Shown: positions 1 through 13,612 of the stretch, one piece after another
Numbering within the stretch: the stretch's first letter is position 1
Layout of the letters: the number at the start of each line of letters is the position of its first letter
From: Stylophora pistillata
Lineage: Eukaryota
DNA length: 64,000 nt
Direction: 5' to 3'
Assembly: GCF_002571385.2 (NCBI RefSeq)
Contig: NW_019217826.1
Coordinates: forward strand, 796,260-860,259
The notes under the pieces: generated by a model
The model's database searches: none
The model's input: the letters and a program-made list of their open reading frames with translations, nothing else
What the model was told of the DNA's origin: nothing
Position numbers and translations under genes: made by a program

Positions 1-7
1 CACTTAC

Positions 8-56
8 CAAGAAACAAACAAAATGAAACTGCGAAGAGGAAAACGCCTTTCATCAT
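8..56 (-). CDS. Probable first coding exon (signal peptide MMKGVFLFAVSFCLFL + phase-1 intron) of a secreted-protein gene running off the left edge
   Basis: Reverse strand reads ATG ATG AAA GGC GTT TTC CTC TTC GCA GTT TCA TTT TGT TTG TTT CTT G|GTAAGTG: consensus donor and hydrophobic peptide. Same phase-1 signal-exon design as the neighbouring SAARP exon 1s. Confidence 0.5.
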
Positions 57-579
57 CAGGGAAATTAGTCTAACATTGCTGTTTTTAAATCTCGGTATAC
101 ACGACATGAAAATAAATATGGCCGTTTGTTGTTGCCATGGTTTGTCAAACCTATTCCCAGTCTCTTCGGAGAAGTGCTACGCAAGAGCGCGATGTAATAA
201 GGGAAAATTTAAAATCCAAGGCCTTTGAAATCGTAACAATTAGTGTTCAAGAGACAAAGAAAAACTTTGTGTGCTTTTAAAATCGTCAATTTGTTCAGTT
301 TGATATGCAACGCAAGCGTGGTTTTATTGCGACAGATCAGCACCACAAAAACAAGAGTAAAATGGAGCAATTTACAAACGAACGAAGGAATAAATGATGA
401 ACAAATGAGGGCTATGAAGCACAGAATTTCGATCCTTAGTGAAGATACTTTTAGTTTTCCATGGTCATTAATTTCACGTCCTCTTTTAATTAATCCATTT
501 AATTTTCTTATTAAGGTATCTCTTTCATGGAGGACTTCTTCCTCTCTGGATCGGTTTGGTCGCTTTCTTTAACCTTTAA

Positions 580-618
<39 letters not shown>

Positions 619-2606
619 ATACTAGGAGTTAAAGTTACCTTTCTGTCACGTTGCCAATGACAACTGTCCTTTTTTCCTTGCAAAAAAGTGATCCCCCGAG
701 ATATTTTTAATTGACTTGAACTCAAATATATTGTGTTTTGTTGTGGTCTGTTTTTAATTGAAAGGGTTGTTAAGGTGTGATGATTTTTCATTTGGCCGCT
801 AACTTGTCATTATTATTAATTAATATCAGAATCGAGTCTGTCAGGAGTGTCTGGAATTATTCTGAATACTCTTAGCCGTTATCCACTTTAGTAAGGATAA
901 TGCGTCTGCAGTCGAGGAATCTTCATGATGCTGCATCTTAGCAAACCATAGCTACAGCAAATAAACAAACCAGAAACGATTATACCTTTCAGTAGCAGTT
1001 GGGAGATTCGTGCGACGTCTCATTTTCACGTCACATTTACAAACGAATTCGTAAGTAACGTGATGAAAAGCAACGAATCCAAAAAAACTCCACCTTCCTG
1101 AGGCTTTAACTTTTCCGTTTTAACATGAGTTTTGTAATTTTCCTTTTTCTTACTGCAGTACATTGTAACTTTGTTATTTCTTCGTAGTTCGAGGTGAAGT
1201 TTGTCGGCATCGAACTGGGTAACACGAGTGCTATAACAAAATTAAGTCCATTGGAAATCATTTCTAACAAAGCACAAAGTATCTTTTAAGTGTATACTGA
1301 GATGATTTCTCTAAAGCTAAGCCCTTGAACCATCGTTCAAAGCAGAAAACTTGAGAGAATACATCGTGCAGTGATGTCATTCCGTGTTGAGTCTTTCACG
1401 CGATCTCGATTTACTTAAAGAGAACAAATATTGAAACATCAGAAAATTAAAATTGCTCAATCTATCTTCTTTCGAAAGGATTTTAATGACGAATCATTGC
1501 GTGGCCTAATTCTGCATTTTACAAGAAACCTTTAAAACGTATACTTGTTATTTTATGTTGTTGGGGAGATAAAATCGCACCCTTAATTTAAGATCTCTTT
1601 TCTTTGAGGTGGCCTTTACGCTTTTTATGCGTATGCAAATACATCTTCTTGGCCTTCCCTTTTGAGTAAAAATTGCAGTTTTTAATTTTGATAAATCTAG
1701 GAAGGTTTATTTTATAAGCATACAAAAGGATAGCAGTCAGAGATGCGAATTTTGAATAAGATCTATACAATACACCATCCGTGCGTTTTGATAGTAGTCT
1801 GAATATACTAGGTACCTTTCATGTCCAAGAAAATGTACCTTAATTGGAGGGCTAATAAAAAGAGAGAAAAAACCTTGGGAAAAGCAGATCGCTTTTCATT
1901 GTTTGTCCTTTCGAATGATTTCATTTTCATTAACCAGAAGTGGTTTTAGGGTCCTAGCAGATGCATCACGCAATCTTAGAAATTGAAATTTCAAAAAAAT
2001 GTCAGATGTACGACCCCTACTTTAAGCTTCTTGTTAAAAGCTCCTGTGCCATCATAAAATTATAGAAAATAGAAGCAGATTATCGAAATAACGCCCTATT
2101 CCTGGTACACGTTGTTGCTGTGGCAGACTGTCCGTGCAAATTTTCTCAAGTGAAAGTTTCCAAAATTGTACATTCCATCAACAACAATATTGCTTCAACA
2201 ACCACTTCCTTTTGTTCAAATAGTCTCTAGGCCAAAACAATCGAAACCAGAAATAAACGGTTTTGATTATCGACACGCAATTTCATCACCAATTGAGGAG
2301 AGAAGAACGAATGAAACATTTTGATTTGGTGGTGTGAGCAGTTTGACGTTCCTAGTGAGACTGTTTTTTTTTTTTAATAGGTTACGGTCGACTGAGAATG
2401 AGGTACTCCAATGTTCACTGCACCGTTTTGAGAGGAGCGCCAAATATATTGATGATGTAAACGACACTCAAACACGAATATAACACATTATAACGTCATA
2501 ATATTCATGCAGTTTCCAAATAAATACAGGTGAAGATGTAGTTTTTTTTTAATTTCTCTCTGTGCTCGGCGAGGAAAGTTGTTGCAGTCGTGTGTCAAGG
2601 GCAAAG

Positions 2607-5171
2607 ATGCTTCGTTCACATTTTTCCTTATTTTTCGTTTGTTTTGGTAAGTTGTTTATACTAACATGCAGGATGAAAGTCGGATAAAGTGATTAATTCC
2701 CCATCTTGATCAAAAAATGCAGCGTCAACTTAGGTACAGAAAATTTATAAGACTAATTTATTTTTGCGAATATTTATACTTGAATTGAATTCATCTGTAA
2801 CGTTCGGTTGTCAAACTAAACGTTTTCTTATTACAAAACCCGTACGCGGGGTCAGATAAAGTCGTACAGCCTGTTGAGCTGCGAGCCAAAACCGGATAGA
2901 GCGATGGTTGTTTGTTAAAATGCTTATAGAATGGATTAGGTCGGGCCGAACGGAGAAAGAATATTTGGCTCTCGGTCATGCGCAAGGACGTCTCTACGCT
3001 CAGTCCGTTCGTTATGACCTCGAGCCAAATTTTTTCCAGTCCAGCCTTCCAACGTAGTCGTTAAGTACATATCATTTATCCTGCTTCTTCGGCTTCATTT
3101 TTGGATCTCATCGGTTTAAAATCTGCCGGCGATATAAACTATCGAGAGTAAATTTTTCCGTGACCTTATAAGCGCTGTTATATATACATTAAAAAATCTA
3201 CCAGTTCCAGTAATTCTAGAAAAAATAAATCATTAGGGTAATTAGCTTTGAAACACCATCACTCACTTTTAGAAACTTTTATGGGCAACGAATCATTAAC
3301 CTTTAAAGAGTAATTCGGAAAAATCAGGAGACCGTATTTCATTCTAAACCTTTCCTTTCTCTGTCTCTGTCTTTGTCTCTTCCTTTGAGAGCAGATTAGA
3401 ATGTGTCAGCGGTGCCATTACAAGAAAAATAATATTGTTTAACCGATTTAAGGTTATTGCGGGATTCTCCTTCGTTTGCTGGCGAGTTAGATGGCAGGAG
3501 TAAATCCTGCATTATTGGTATACATTGTTTACTTTTTCCAGAGGATAAGATGGAACGATTGACAAAGGAAAAAAAATGTAAAAAATTAAAAATCTAGTAA
3601 GCTTTTTTGAGTGGACACCTCCATGTACTTCCAGCATAATTGGTGAAAGTTATTCATGTCTTGAGAGGAGTGACAAAAATTATTTAACGCACGTGCTATC
3701 TTTTATCCGTCAGTTGAACAAGTGAAAATATTTTGAAGTAATTCACGAAAATAAGATGGCCGCAGAAGCTATGATAGTTAACTCAGAGCTATATTGCAAA
3801 GTTGGTGGAGTACGTTTGACAACAGGGAGCTACGTTCGGTCATTGAAAGCACTACGTGTGAAATTCAAGATTGTTCTTGAATTTGTTTAGCGTGAACGCT
3901 CACTAATTTCGTCAAACAATAAACTCTCATCTTTGACCAATTATGATATTCGATTGTGTGTCCAAGTGTGTATGTCGTTTTGAAAGAAATATTTTCACGG
4001 AGTTGTGTTCGGTCGAGGCAATTATGATTTTTTTGTACAATGTCGTCTGTCGGTATATGTGAGACTGCGCCAAAAAAAAAACTTATGAGCTCAACCTCGA
4101 TTTTATTTGCTCCGGAGCTATCAACTTCTAAACCATCGGTCATTAGTCATTATAAAGACTTTCAGAAAACCTTTTTAAATTAGTACATTTTCAAATAAAA
4201 TTGAAAAATTAACAAATTTTATCATCCGCCAAGAACACCATATATTGTGTGCTAAAATGAGTTTCATTTGCTAAGGAATAAAGAAATTATCTTCGTATCA
4301 ATGCCTTCACAACGATCCCCATTGTTATAAACAATCTCTTGGTTTCTTGGAAATAACCTATGGAAAACTATTCACATAGTTTAGGAGGCAGGTGTCTGTG
4401 TCTTTTGTTTCCTGATAAGTTCCAGGCACCGCAGTTATAAATTTTATTCAAACGGTAGTTTTTTTTTAATACAACAACACCTTGAAAAACAAAACAAGAA
4501 AAAACAAACAAAAAACAAAATAAAAAACGAAACAAAAACAAAAAACAAACAAACAAACAAAAAAGAAGAAACTCTGTTAAGCTGTGGTGTATACTACTTG
4601 GTCGATGAGGTTGTTTTCCTGATTTATTTGCCAATTTTTTACAGCTGTCCTCCTTGTGACATCTTTGGCTGACGAAGATGAAGTAGACACAGCTGCCAAC
4701 ACTGTTACAATTCGTGGAAATGATACGTCAGTAAGAATAGAAGGCAACACAGGAACAATAAGGGCAGTTCATCATGAGAAGGACGAGGAAGGCGAGGATG
4801 ACGATGACGACGACGAGGACGAAGAAAGGGAGGATTTCAGTGACGACAATGGAGGTGTTATGACATTTCAAGTTGACTCACTGCAAGAAATAGACTCGGC
4901 TGGGAACCCGGTCGGTCTTTCAGGGCCATCAAATAAAAAACATGGAGTGAACTCCTTGGCATCTCAGATTGAAAGGTACACCTTCTCGCCGTTGGACAAC
5001 TCGTCAACGTATCAAGGAATCCCTGTGAAAAGTGTCAACCTGTCTGTGTACCTCACTGGTCCCCAAGCCAGCCTTGATCTGCAAGTGATGCTGTTTTTGG
5101 AGGGAGGAATCGTCGGTTTTGGAAACGAGACATTTTCAGTGCGAAGAGGAACCTTCAAATTCAACATCAAG
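2607..5171 (+). CDS. Skeletal aspartic acid-rich protein (SAARP/CARP4 family), module A: exon 1a 2607-2646, exon 2a 4645-5171; no private exon 3/4 seen
   Basis: The spliced exons give signal peptide MLRSHFSLFFVCFAVLLVTSLA, then DEDEVD..., acidic tract EKDEEGEDDDDDDEDEERED, MTFQVDSLQEIDS and FGNETFSVRRGTFKFNIK|GT. These match SAARP motifs as I recall them (LSFELDSIEEKD, FGNETFDVQAGTVKFNIK). GT-AG sites, phases 1 and 0. Confidence 0.85.
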
Positions 5172-8100
5172 GTTCGTTTGATGTTTAATATGGTTATGAT
5201 GACGCATATTTCCCAGAGCGTCTGTGTGATTTCAGATCGATATCGCAATATTACATTTAAGTTGGTTTCGGAGCATAGACCACTTCTAGCTTTCTCTTAT
5301 GCTCAACTGAGCCGCAGACTTAAGAGGAATGAAGTTACTGTGGTCTGCTTAGGTATAGTGACAAGTTAGTAAGCAACGGAGAGTGTTTTTAAAAAATCCC
5401 ACGGCTTAGAATTTATTTCGATTGGGAGTCATCATGATAAAAACCAAAACCAAATCAATCATAATAGCCAATTAAAACTTAACTTATGTATGTATTGTAT
5501 GTATTTACGATATTTGGACAGGCCAGCCCAGTTCAGCTTGAAGCTGGTTTAAATAGGGACCTGTACATCCCACCATCCCACCCTGNCCTATCTTTTGTTG
5601 CTTAGTATGCTCGCATCTCTATGTTGCTTTTATTAATTGGTTTGGCCGACGCCTTTACAAAGCTCATGTTGCAAGATTCATTCATAACAGTCTGCTATCT
5701 TTCCGTAGCACTAATAAATAACTCGATACAGAAAAAAAAAAAAAAAAAAGAAAAAAAACCTTCTGTGGTATAGTAGAATATAACGTTTTTACAATGGCCA
5801 TCGTTTTACATCATTCTCCTTCCCTGAAAAAAAAAAAAGAATTTTTAAAAACTTTTTCTCATAGTTTAGCAGTAGTGGCTTGTGGCTCCTTTGAGTCTGT
5901 TGTTCCTGTTTTTTTATATTCGATTCCTCTTTGGGATGATTTGGTAACTAAATCGGTCTCCAAAACATGCTAACATTTTAAAGAGATTCTCTTTACAACT
6001 TCTTAAAACAATACAATACTGTTGTCCCTGGATACCTAGGATAATAGCTATCACAAAGGCCTTATTACTCGAGCGTCTTCTCAAAGGCGCTGAGAAAGAG
6101 TGCATGGTAACAAATTCCATTTGTCAAACAATGGTCGAATTTAAAAATTTATTTCGTAGTTGCAAAATTGAAAAGCTATATTGGTAACCTTTGGTCGAAA
6201 ACCCTCTTATTTCCCATTTTCAGGCTCCTTTTATTGGACCAGATAACAGTCAAGTACCTTATCTCAGTTAGCAGTTAGTAAAGGAAGTATAAGTTTACGA
6301 TAATGAAAAAGCTATTAGCGGTAAAGAGCTTGATGACTAAACAGACTCCTTCTCGCATCCTTAGCTCTGACATGCATGGTTGCCATAAGCAATGGATGGC
6401 GAAAGCGTAATATATGTGAGCGAGAAGCAATGAGTGACGTAGTAAGTTTAAATTAGACGTGACATGAAATTGACATATGTCGAAGGTGAAATATCCAATA
6501 AAACGATCACATTTTAGCACGATATATTGTTTGAGTCTTTGTTTCCGACTGACCGTTAGACAGATTTCGTGGCAGGCAAATTCATTTCTCGAAAGCTTCG
6601 GGCAGATTGAAAAATAGCATTCCCAGTTTCGGAACTCATACAGGGAGTTATGACTGTGATTTTAATCACCTTACTGTGAAAAAAAGAATAAATAATAAGA
6701 TCAGTTCCAAATTCAGTGCCCAGTTCATGATAGACTCGCCTAACAGACTAAACGGAATAGTCGAGACTTTTCTCTCTCCACTATTTTTTTTTTTTTCATC
6801 CCATACGATAGCGATTTCCTGGTTACAGAAAGTTTGTGCGATTCAATAAGTCGTTAGTTTAAAGAAGTAGATGATTAAACAGGTTAATTCTCATCTCGTT
6901 TGTTTTGTTTGCCCGGTTGCCATAAGTAAATGATAGTGAAAGAGTGATAAGTATTTAACGACCGTTATTTGAACCAAACAACATCATGTATGCGTGAGAA
7001 AATAATGAGTCGTGAAAACCTTAAAATAGACATGATGGAAAAAAAAAGAAGATCAATGGGTATGTGTTATAAAGGGTAAATTATCAAATAAATTGCAGGC
7101 GTCTAGAAAAGTCTGGATCATGATTTTGTCGGAAAATACCTTTTGGAAGCAAACATCAACGTTGGTGAAAATATTTCCTAGCGTTTAATTAAAGAGTTAA
7201 GAAGGCTGTTTTTATTTCATGGAGTGCGTTTCTATTTCATGCAGTGCGATCTTGACAAACTCAACAATTTGTAAGGAAAGGTATCTCTTCTATGGCAACA
7301 AAATCAATAACAGTTGCGGAGTTTGTTTTACGGTGGAAGGAAATGGACGAAAACTTTTGATGTATATCAACAATTTTGAATTTGGGTAGCAACCCTGAAA
7401 TAATTCAAACACCCAAATCCCTAAGTTGATTTAACAAACAAATTATCTTCCTGCTTCAGTCATTGCCCAACCGAAATACTAAGAAATGGACAAATGTTTC
7501 TTATATAGCAACTGTTTCTTTTAATCAATTTATTAAAATGAAAGCTATCAGAAGAGGGAACTTACTCGTGAGATCTTGGGACTGTTAAGGGTTAGAACTC
7601 CACAGTTACAAAGGAAAAATAGAGAGCTTGCAAAAAAAAGGACGAAAACATGTTAATATATTCTGTGTAAACAGGAAACTCTTCAACTTTATCAGTGGTT
7701 CTTGCCTTTGCCACTTCAATTATTATCACTTGACTTCCAAATCGACGTTTTTCGGTGAAAAATGGACCGCTTATAATTCAAGGTCGAGTTTAAAAGATTC
7801 CTAATGCTTTATGTAATTAAAATTCCTAATTTAATCTATCCTTTAGCTGTCAAAAATATTCGTATCTCGTCACGCGATCTAAGCAATTTGATTCTATAGC
7901 GGTAAATAATGTCGCTTTACTTTCTACCCGCTACCAAAAATCTACATCGTGGTTCGAATTTCTTAGATTTTTCATTCTAGCGCTTGTAAAAGTCTGGTGA
8001 AAGTGCTAATGCGTGCCAGACCCACCTCAGACTGCATGGCGTACGGTAGACATGGGATCGTGCAGAGTTTTTCTTTGTTAATGTGTTTCCAAAGTTGTAC

Positions 8101-8533
8101 ATCGCGTAAACAACAGTAATATTGCCCTAACAACGACTTCTATTTGGCTAAACAAGTCATTATATCCCAAAATACTAGCAATCTTAATATAAAGTGAAGG
8201 GTTTGAAATCTTTCTTGTAAATTTTATGGGAGATTAGGGAGGAGTAGAGAACAAGGAAGCTGAATACCGTTAAAAATCGAGAAGCGCTTGAAGTAAACTT
8301 TTTTTCAGGGTGTTTTAAATGTATGTTTGGCGACAACTGGTGTAATGTCAACGAAATGGTATATCGAACAATACAAGCAACTGCCAATTGAAACGTCAGA
8401 GCTCGAGGAGATAATTAGTTTCCAGTTAATTGCTATATTAATGCGCGTGAAATAAGGTTTTTCATCATTTTCTTTTCTCGTCGAGGGAAGAGGTTGTTGC
8501 TGTCCTAAGAGTCGAGCGGCGCTGAAACTTGAC

Positions 8534-11500
8534 ATGGTTCTCTCTCGTCCCTCCTTGTTATTCGTCTGTTTTGGTGAGTAAACTAGACAGGAAAATAGAT
8601 TCAGTTTCTCCCTTTATTATGGAAATTATGGTGCCATGAAAATTAATGATTTGTGACTAACTGACTGATTAAGTTGAGCTGATTTATTTTTTATTTCATT
8701 CTAATCGAGCAGGGAGGAAACTTCGTTAATTAAGATTTATTTTCATTTTATTTTCTTTGCCTATAATCTCTGTTGATCTCAATTTCAATTTTATATGACC
8801 ATGATCGAGTCTTAATTTTTAATTTGTTCCAACCGATATGGCACGGTAGCGAAAGAAAGCACGACAGCCTTTTTATAGTATTCATTTTAATTTTAGTTTA
8901 ATTGAGTTCACGAAACGTGTTTAAATCCAACTTACAGTTTTTCAAAATATAATAAGGGAAAGAAAAACCAAAATCGTACAAATAGGGGCCACTATACCAA
9001 AATGCCTTTAAAGCAATATGAGAATACAGTTTTGCAGCCAAAACTATACTTAAAGAGGTCAATTACTTGAAGCAGTGAATTTCTCATTTAACCAGTAAAA
9101 GTAGCTCTAGCCGATCTGTTCAAAGTTTATTTTCATCTGGTTTTCAAACTTATTCGCGTGAGAAAGATTCTTTAAGTGTATTTCCATCACCAAAGGAAAT
9201 TTACTGAATAGTTCAATATCTTAAAGGTGATTAGAGCATTTCATTTTCAACCTCAAAAAAATTAATATCTTTATGACCTACTCATACTGCGAGCCATTAA
9301 ACCACTTCAGTAACAGACTTCCAGTCTAATTTTTCTGTGAAGTAATATCACTATATCGACTACTCTGCGAGAGAAAAACTTTCACACGTTTTACAATATA
9401 ACAGAAACGATCAGTGTGTAGTCTGTTTATGACAAACTAGAGCACGCTTACTAAAAAATGATAGCATTCTATTTTCATATCTGGAAAGGAGAGATCAGTG
9501 CCCAGTCGACGCTCTCCCAAAGTAGATACGCAGGGAACCTATTACCGAGATAGGCACGTTCAGAGTTAGCGTCAGCTCTCATGAGTTTCTCGCGGCCCGT
9601 AAAGAAAGCCAAAGCATGTCGAATATGTGACACTACTTGCTCTCTGAGGCAGCTTAGCGGTAAACCAAAGGCAATGGTATGATTTCGTGTTATTTGGCTG
9701 ATTTTCAAAGGCGTTTTTCATTTTCACAGGCTTAATCTCTCTTTGTTATATTGAAATGTTGCCAGGATCGAAAAACACACACTCCTCGTATTTATTTATA
9801 GACGAATGCATTGCGTTTGTAATACCGCAATTAAAATGGTCATAGATTTTATTTTTTCGAACCATAAGGTGTAAAAGAAGACCAATTCATTGCTTCTAAA
9901 CAAACACGAATGCAAATTATTTTTAAAAATTTTCTCCTAATCAGCCAATGAATACGGAAGCCAATATGTGATTTGGCCTAACGTCACACATCAATATAAC
10001 CAATGCTGAACCATACTTGGATATTCTGACTAAAACCTCATCTTAATCTAACTATAAGTTAGCATCAATACGAGTTTTTCGTTAAACTATTTACATGAAG
10101 AATATTGATTCTCGATTCACTCGAACAAGTAATATTATATAATAAAGGATTTATGTGTATAGCTAAGGGTTAGCTAATACAAAGACGATAACACAATCGC
10201 CTCGAAAATTCGACTTTTTAAACTTGGGTTGAAACGAATATTTTTAATTCGAAGTTTAAGCTGCTCGGTCAATTAATGTACATAAGTTGGCTTTCATTTA
10301 TTATTTATTATTTATTTTACAACATGACATCAGTACGCAAATTCTCCGAACTGTTCTCCCTGCTTTTCCTTAATATGCTGACAAGGGTAAGTTTACGAAC
10401 CCAGTGGCCCATTAGGCCGGTGCTTAACTCCGGTTTCTGTAGCATGAAGCGACTAGGAGTATTTCTACTCCCCCCTGGATGGGATGCCAGTCCATCGCAG
10501 GGTTACCCCCAGCATTAAATTGCCGGTACCTATTTATACACCTGGGTGAAGAGAGGCACTGTGAGAGTAAAGTGTCTTGCCTAAGAACACAACACTCGAA
10601 CCCGGACCACTCGATCCGGAGTCGAGCGCACTAACCATGAGGCCACAGCGCCTCCACAATATGCTGACAAGGAGAATTAGTTAAATAATCATGAACTGCT
10701 TTATTTGGTGATTATTTTCGTTATTCTCGTTTTCTAATAATGTGTGGTTCAGGGGTGAAATTACATTTTTGTCACTCTTATGGGGTCAAAGGGTCAAATG
10801 TGAAGCAGCTATTTTCCTTTTAATTCTCTCTTTGCCCTTTTTCGTTAACAGCCGTTCTCCTTGTAAAATGTTTGGCTGACGAAGATGACGTCAATACGAA
10901 TGCCAACACTGTTACAATTCGTGGTAATGATACTTCAGTCAGAATAGAAGGCAACACAGGAAAAATTAAGGCAGTTCATTTTGACAAGGATGACGACGAC
11001 GAGGAATTGGAGGATGAGGACTTCGACGACGACGAAGAGATGCTAACATTTCAAGTTGACTCATTGGAAGAAAAAGATTCGAATGGAAATGTGGTGGGTC
11101 TCACCGGTCCTACACAGAGGAAACATGCATTGACCTCCTTGGTGAATCAAATTCAAAAGTTCAGCTTCTCGCCGTTGAACAACTCTACAACTTTTCAAGG
11201 ACTCCCTGTCAAACGTATTAACTTGTCTGTTTCTCTGGCTGGTCCTCAAGCAAACCTCGAAATTCAGGTGTTACTATTTCTGAAGTCAGGAAAAATCGAA
11301 TTTGGCAACGAGACATTTAATGTTCGAAGTGGAACTTTCAAATTTAACATCAAGGTAAGCTCCATCGATTCCCTGCTGTACACAGGTCAGAGATCTTTTA
11401 TTTGAGAGTGCACATCTTATGTTGTCGATGTTGTTATTGAAAACACTAGTTGATCGGTAATTATTTATCGCCGGGAGTGTTGTGTCACAATAAGATTTAC

Positions 11501-12721
11501 CTGACCCTTAAAGACTCTACTCTACAATTTGTCATAGTCACGATTAAAAAAACACACACGCCTCGTTGCGATTCGATTCCACTAGAGTAGTGCTCGCGGA
11601 AATCTATAAATTATGCTTTTGCCGAGTCTTAACCTCTTTTTGTTTTCCCTTTCTCAGGTTAGTGACTGGAAATTTTGCGGCACGAATTCTGAAGTCTGCA
11701 AAAATAGCGCTACGGGCGCGAACGAAACAGGTCAGTTCCTTGATATTGGAATGAGCATTGGAAGCGTAGCAGAGGAGCCCGAAGAAGTAGAAGACGGTGA
11801 GATACCAGGGGAGGATATTTGTGTTCCTGAAGAACCCGATGAGGAACACGAGTGTCCTAGAATATTCAACATGGGTGGAAACTCAGAGATGATGCTCAAC
11901 AAAGGGGTAAGTGTCGCTCCTATTTCGTGAGGAAGGGTGAAGTTGCGTGTCAAAAGAGGCGAAAAGATGAAGTGTACGGTTCAATTAATCTTGTCCCCCC
12001 AAATTCTACCGTGTAACTGTAACGCCGAAGGTTTGGGTACTAGACTACGGTTTAGCAGCGAAGAGTGGAACTAAGGTTCCTGAATGAAGGAATAGGATCT
12101 CAACGTTGCAACGGTTGTTAACAAACAGAGAGCCTGACTCTCAGGATTCTTACCATGGCGAAAAAGGAAAGTCTGAGCAAACTTTCTATTTACTGAAAGA
12201 TTAAAAATCTCTTCTCACTTGGGTGGGACAAAAATCTGCCTCCCTTTTTAATCGCATCCGCAAAATTCAACCCTTGATTTTCCAGGAAACAGTTCGAATG
12301 CTATTCTTTCGTGATTAGTCCTGTGTGATTCGACACAAGCCATTTCCTAACGAAAAGGTCAACATTCGAAAGACAAAAGATTTGAAAATCGACAGATATG
12401 TATATGCTATTAAATAAAACTTGGTTTGGTGGGGGTAACAATAGATGACTGTCAATTTACTTCTCTCTCTTGCAGGCTTTAACAGGAAACAACGAATACG
12501 TGCTATTTCCAACAGGTTTTCCAAAGTTCGAACGAAAAGGATTAATGAAGACGTTCGTGTTCCGCGTTCCCAGGTTCAACAACACTGTACTCATCGATCC
12601 TAGCGTCAATGTTGGCACAATGAAGAAGGGTGGTGGTAAATCAGGTGCAGGGTACAACGCAGCCCAATCTCCTCTTTTCTTCTGTTTTGTTTTGTTGCTG
12701 TGTAAACTTGTGACTCAGTAA
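8534..12721 (+). CDS. Skeletal aspartic acid-rich protein (SAARP/CARP4 family), complete gene B, ~345 aa; exons 8534-8573, 10852-11354, 11658-11906, 12476-12721
   Basis: Signal peptide MVLSRPSLLFVCFAVLLVKCLA; acidic tract DKDDDDEELEDEDFDDDEE; FKFNIK|VSDWKFC; CPRIFNMGGNSEMMLNKG; GFPK...FRVPRFNNTVLIDPSV; hydrophobic, GPI-signal-like C-terminus. All introns are GT-AG and the frame is continuous. Confidence 0.92.
10387..10657 (-). mobile_element. tRNA-derived SINE with 15-bp target-site duplication, nested in an older repeat
   Basis: Minus-strand head has A/B-box-like motifs (TGGCCTCATGG, GGTTCGAG). TSD aatatgctgacaagg at 10372-10386 and 10658-10672. Confidence 0.85.
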
Positions 12722-13612
12722 TTACGAAAGAGGAAAAACTGTTGGAGGTTGTGGAAGCTGGTAGTAATACTTAGATAAAGATTTGCTTTATTTGCTATAT
12801 TGTAAAGAAAATGTCTTTGAACCTAGGAATAACAGTCGATCTTAATTTACGCTCGTCTTGCTCAGGGTAGTTTGAAAACTGTTTTCGGTGGAAAAGACAG
12901 ATGTTTCGACAATATGGGTGAGAGGTTTTGGTCAGTTGCAAATTGAATGTTTGGAACCTTGGCTAGCTAACCTTTGTGGCGTTCACTCTGGTCTCCAGTC
13001 CTTTTCAGGACTACCCTTTCCTAGACGATCACAACGCTTGTTATAATTTGCTAGGAATTCCGATACACACCTCTAATAGGAATGCTCAATACGTACTCCA
13101 CAGTGCAAGGTAAATTGCTCGAGCATGGGTGATATTCAGAATTTTTATTATGATAAAGAGTGAGTTTGAAAATTCTCTCAAAGATTCAAGCTTTAAGCTG
13201 GCCAATAAGCTAGTAAGCTCTCCGCAGTGCCCCTCGAGGCGGCGTCCTTAGCTGTTAGAGAATTTTTTTTATATTACAAATTATACTAATGTGAATGATC
13301 ATGAGAATTAACAGATGTCTAGCTAACCGCTTGTTGGGCGAGTAAGATGTATCATTTTTAACTTAAACTTTTTTCAAGTAAAACCAGCCTATTTTAACTC
13401 TTGCTGGAGGTTGGAAACTAACTAGTTAAACATTCTCAATAAAGGTTGCTTTCCAGTGTAAAAAATCTCCAATCATATTTTAGGGGAAAGCTTATTGAAT
13501 AGTTAATTTTGGATACGTATCAAGTATACTCTTTTATTTCTCCAATTTAGTTTAGTCTAGAGTACACATAAATTACTTTTTCCTAAAACGGACAAGGAAA
13601 CTTAGATTAGTA

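Noticed and set aside
5172-5369. C-terminal extension of the 237-aa ORF as true coding sequence
   Set aside because: SAARP similarity stops at the conserved donor after FNIK; the remainder is read-through into the intron.
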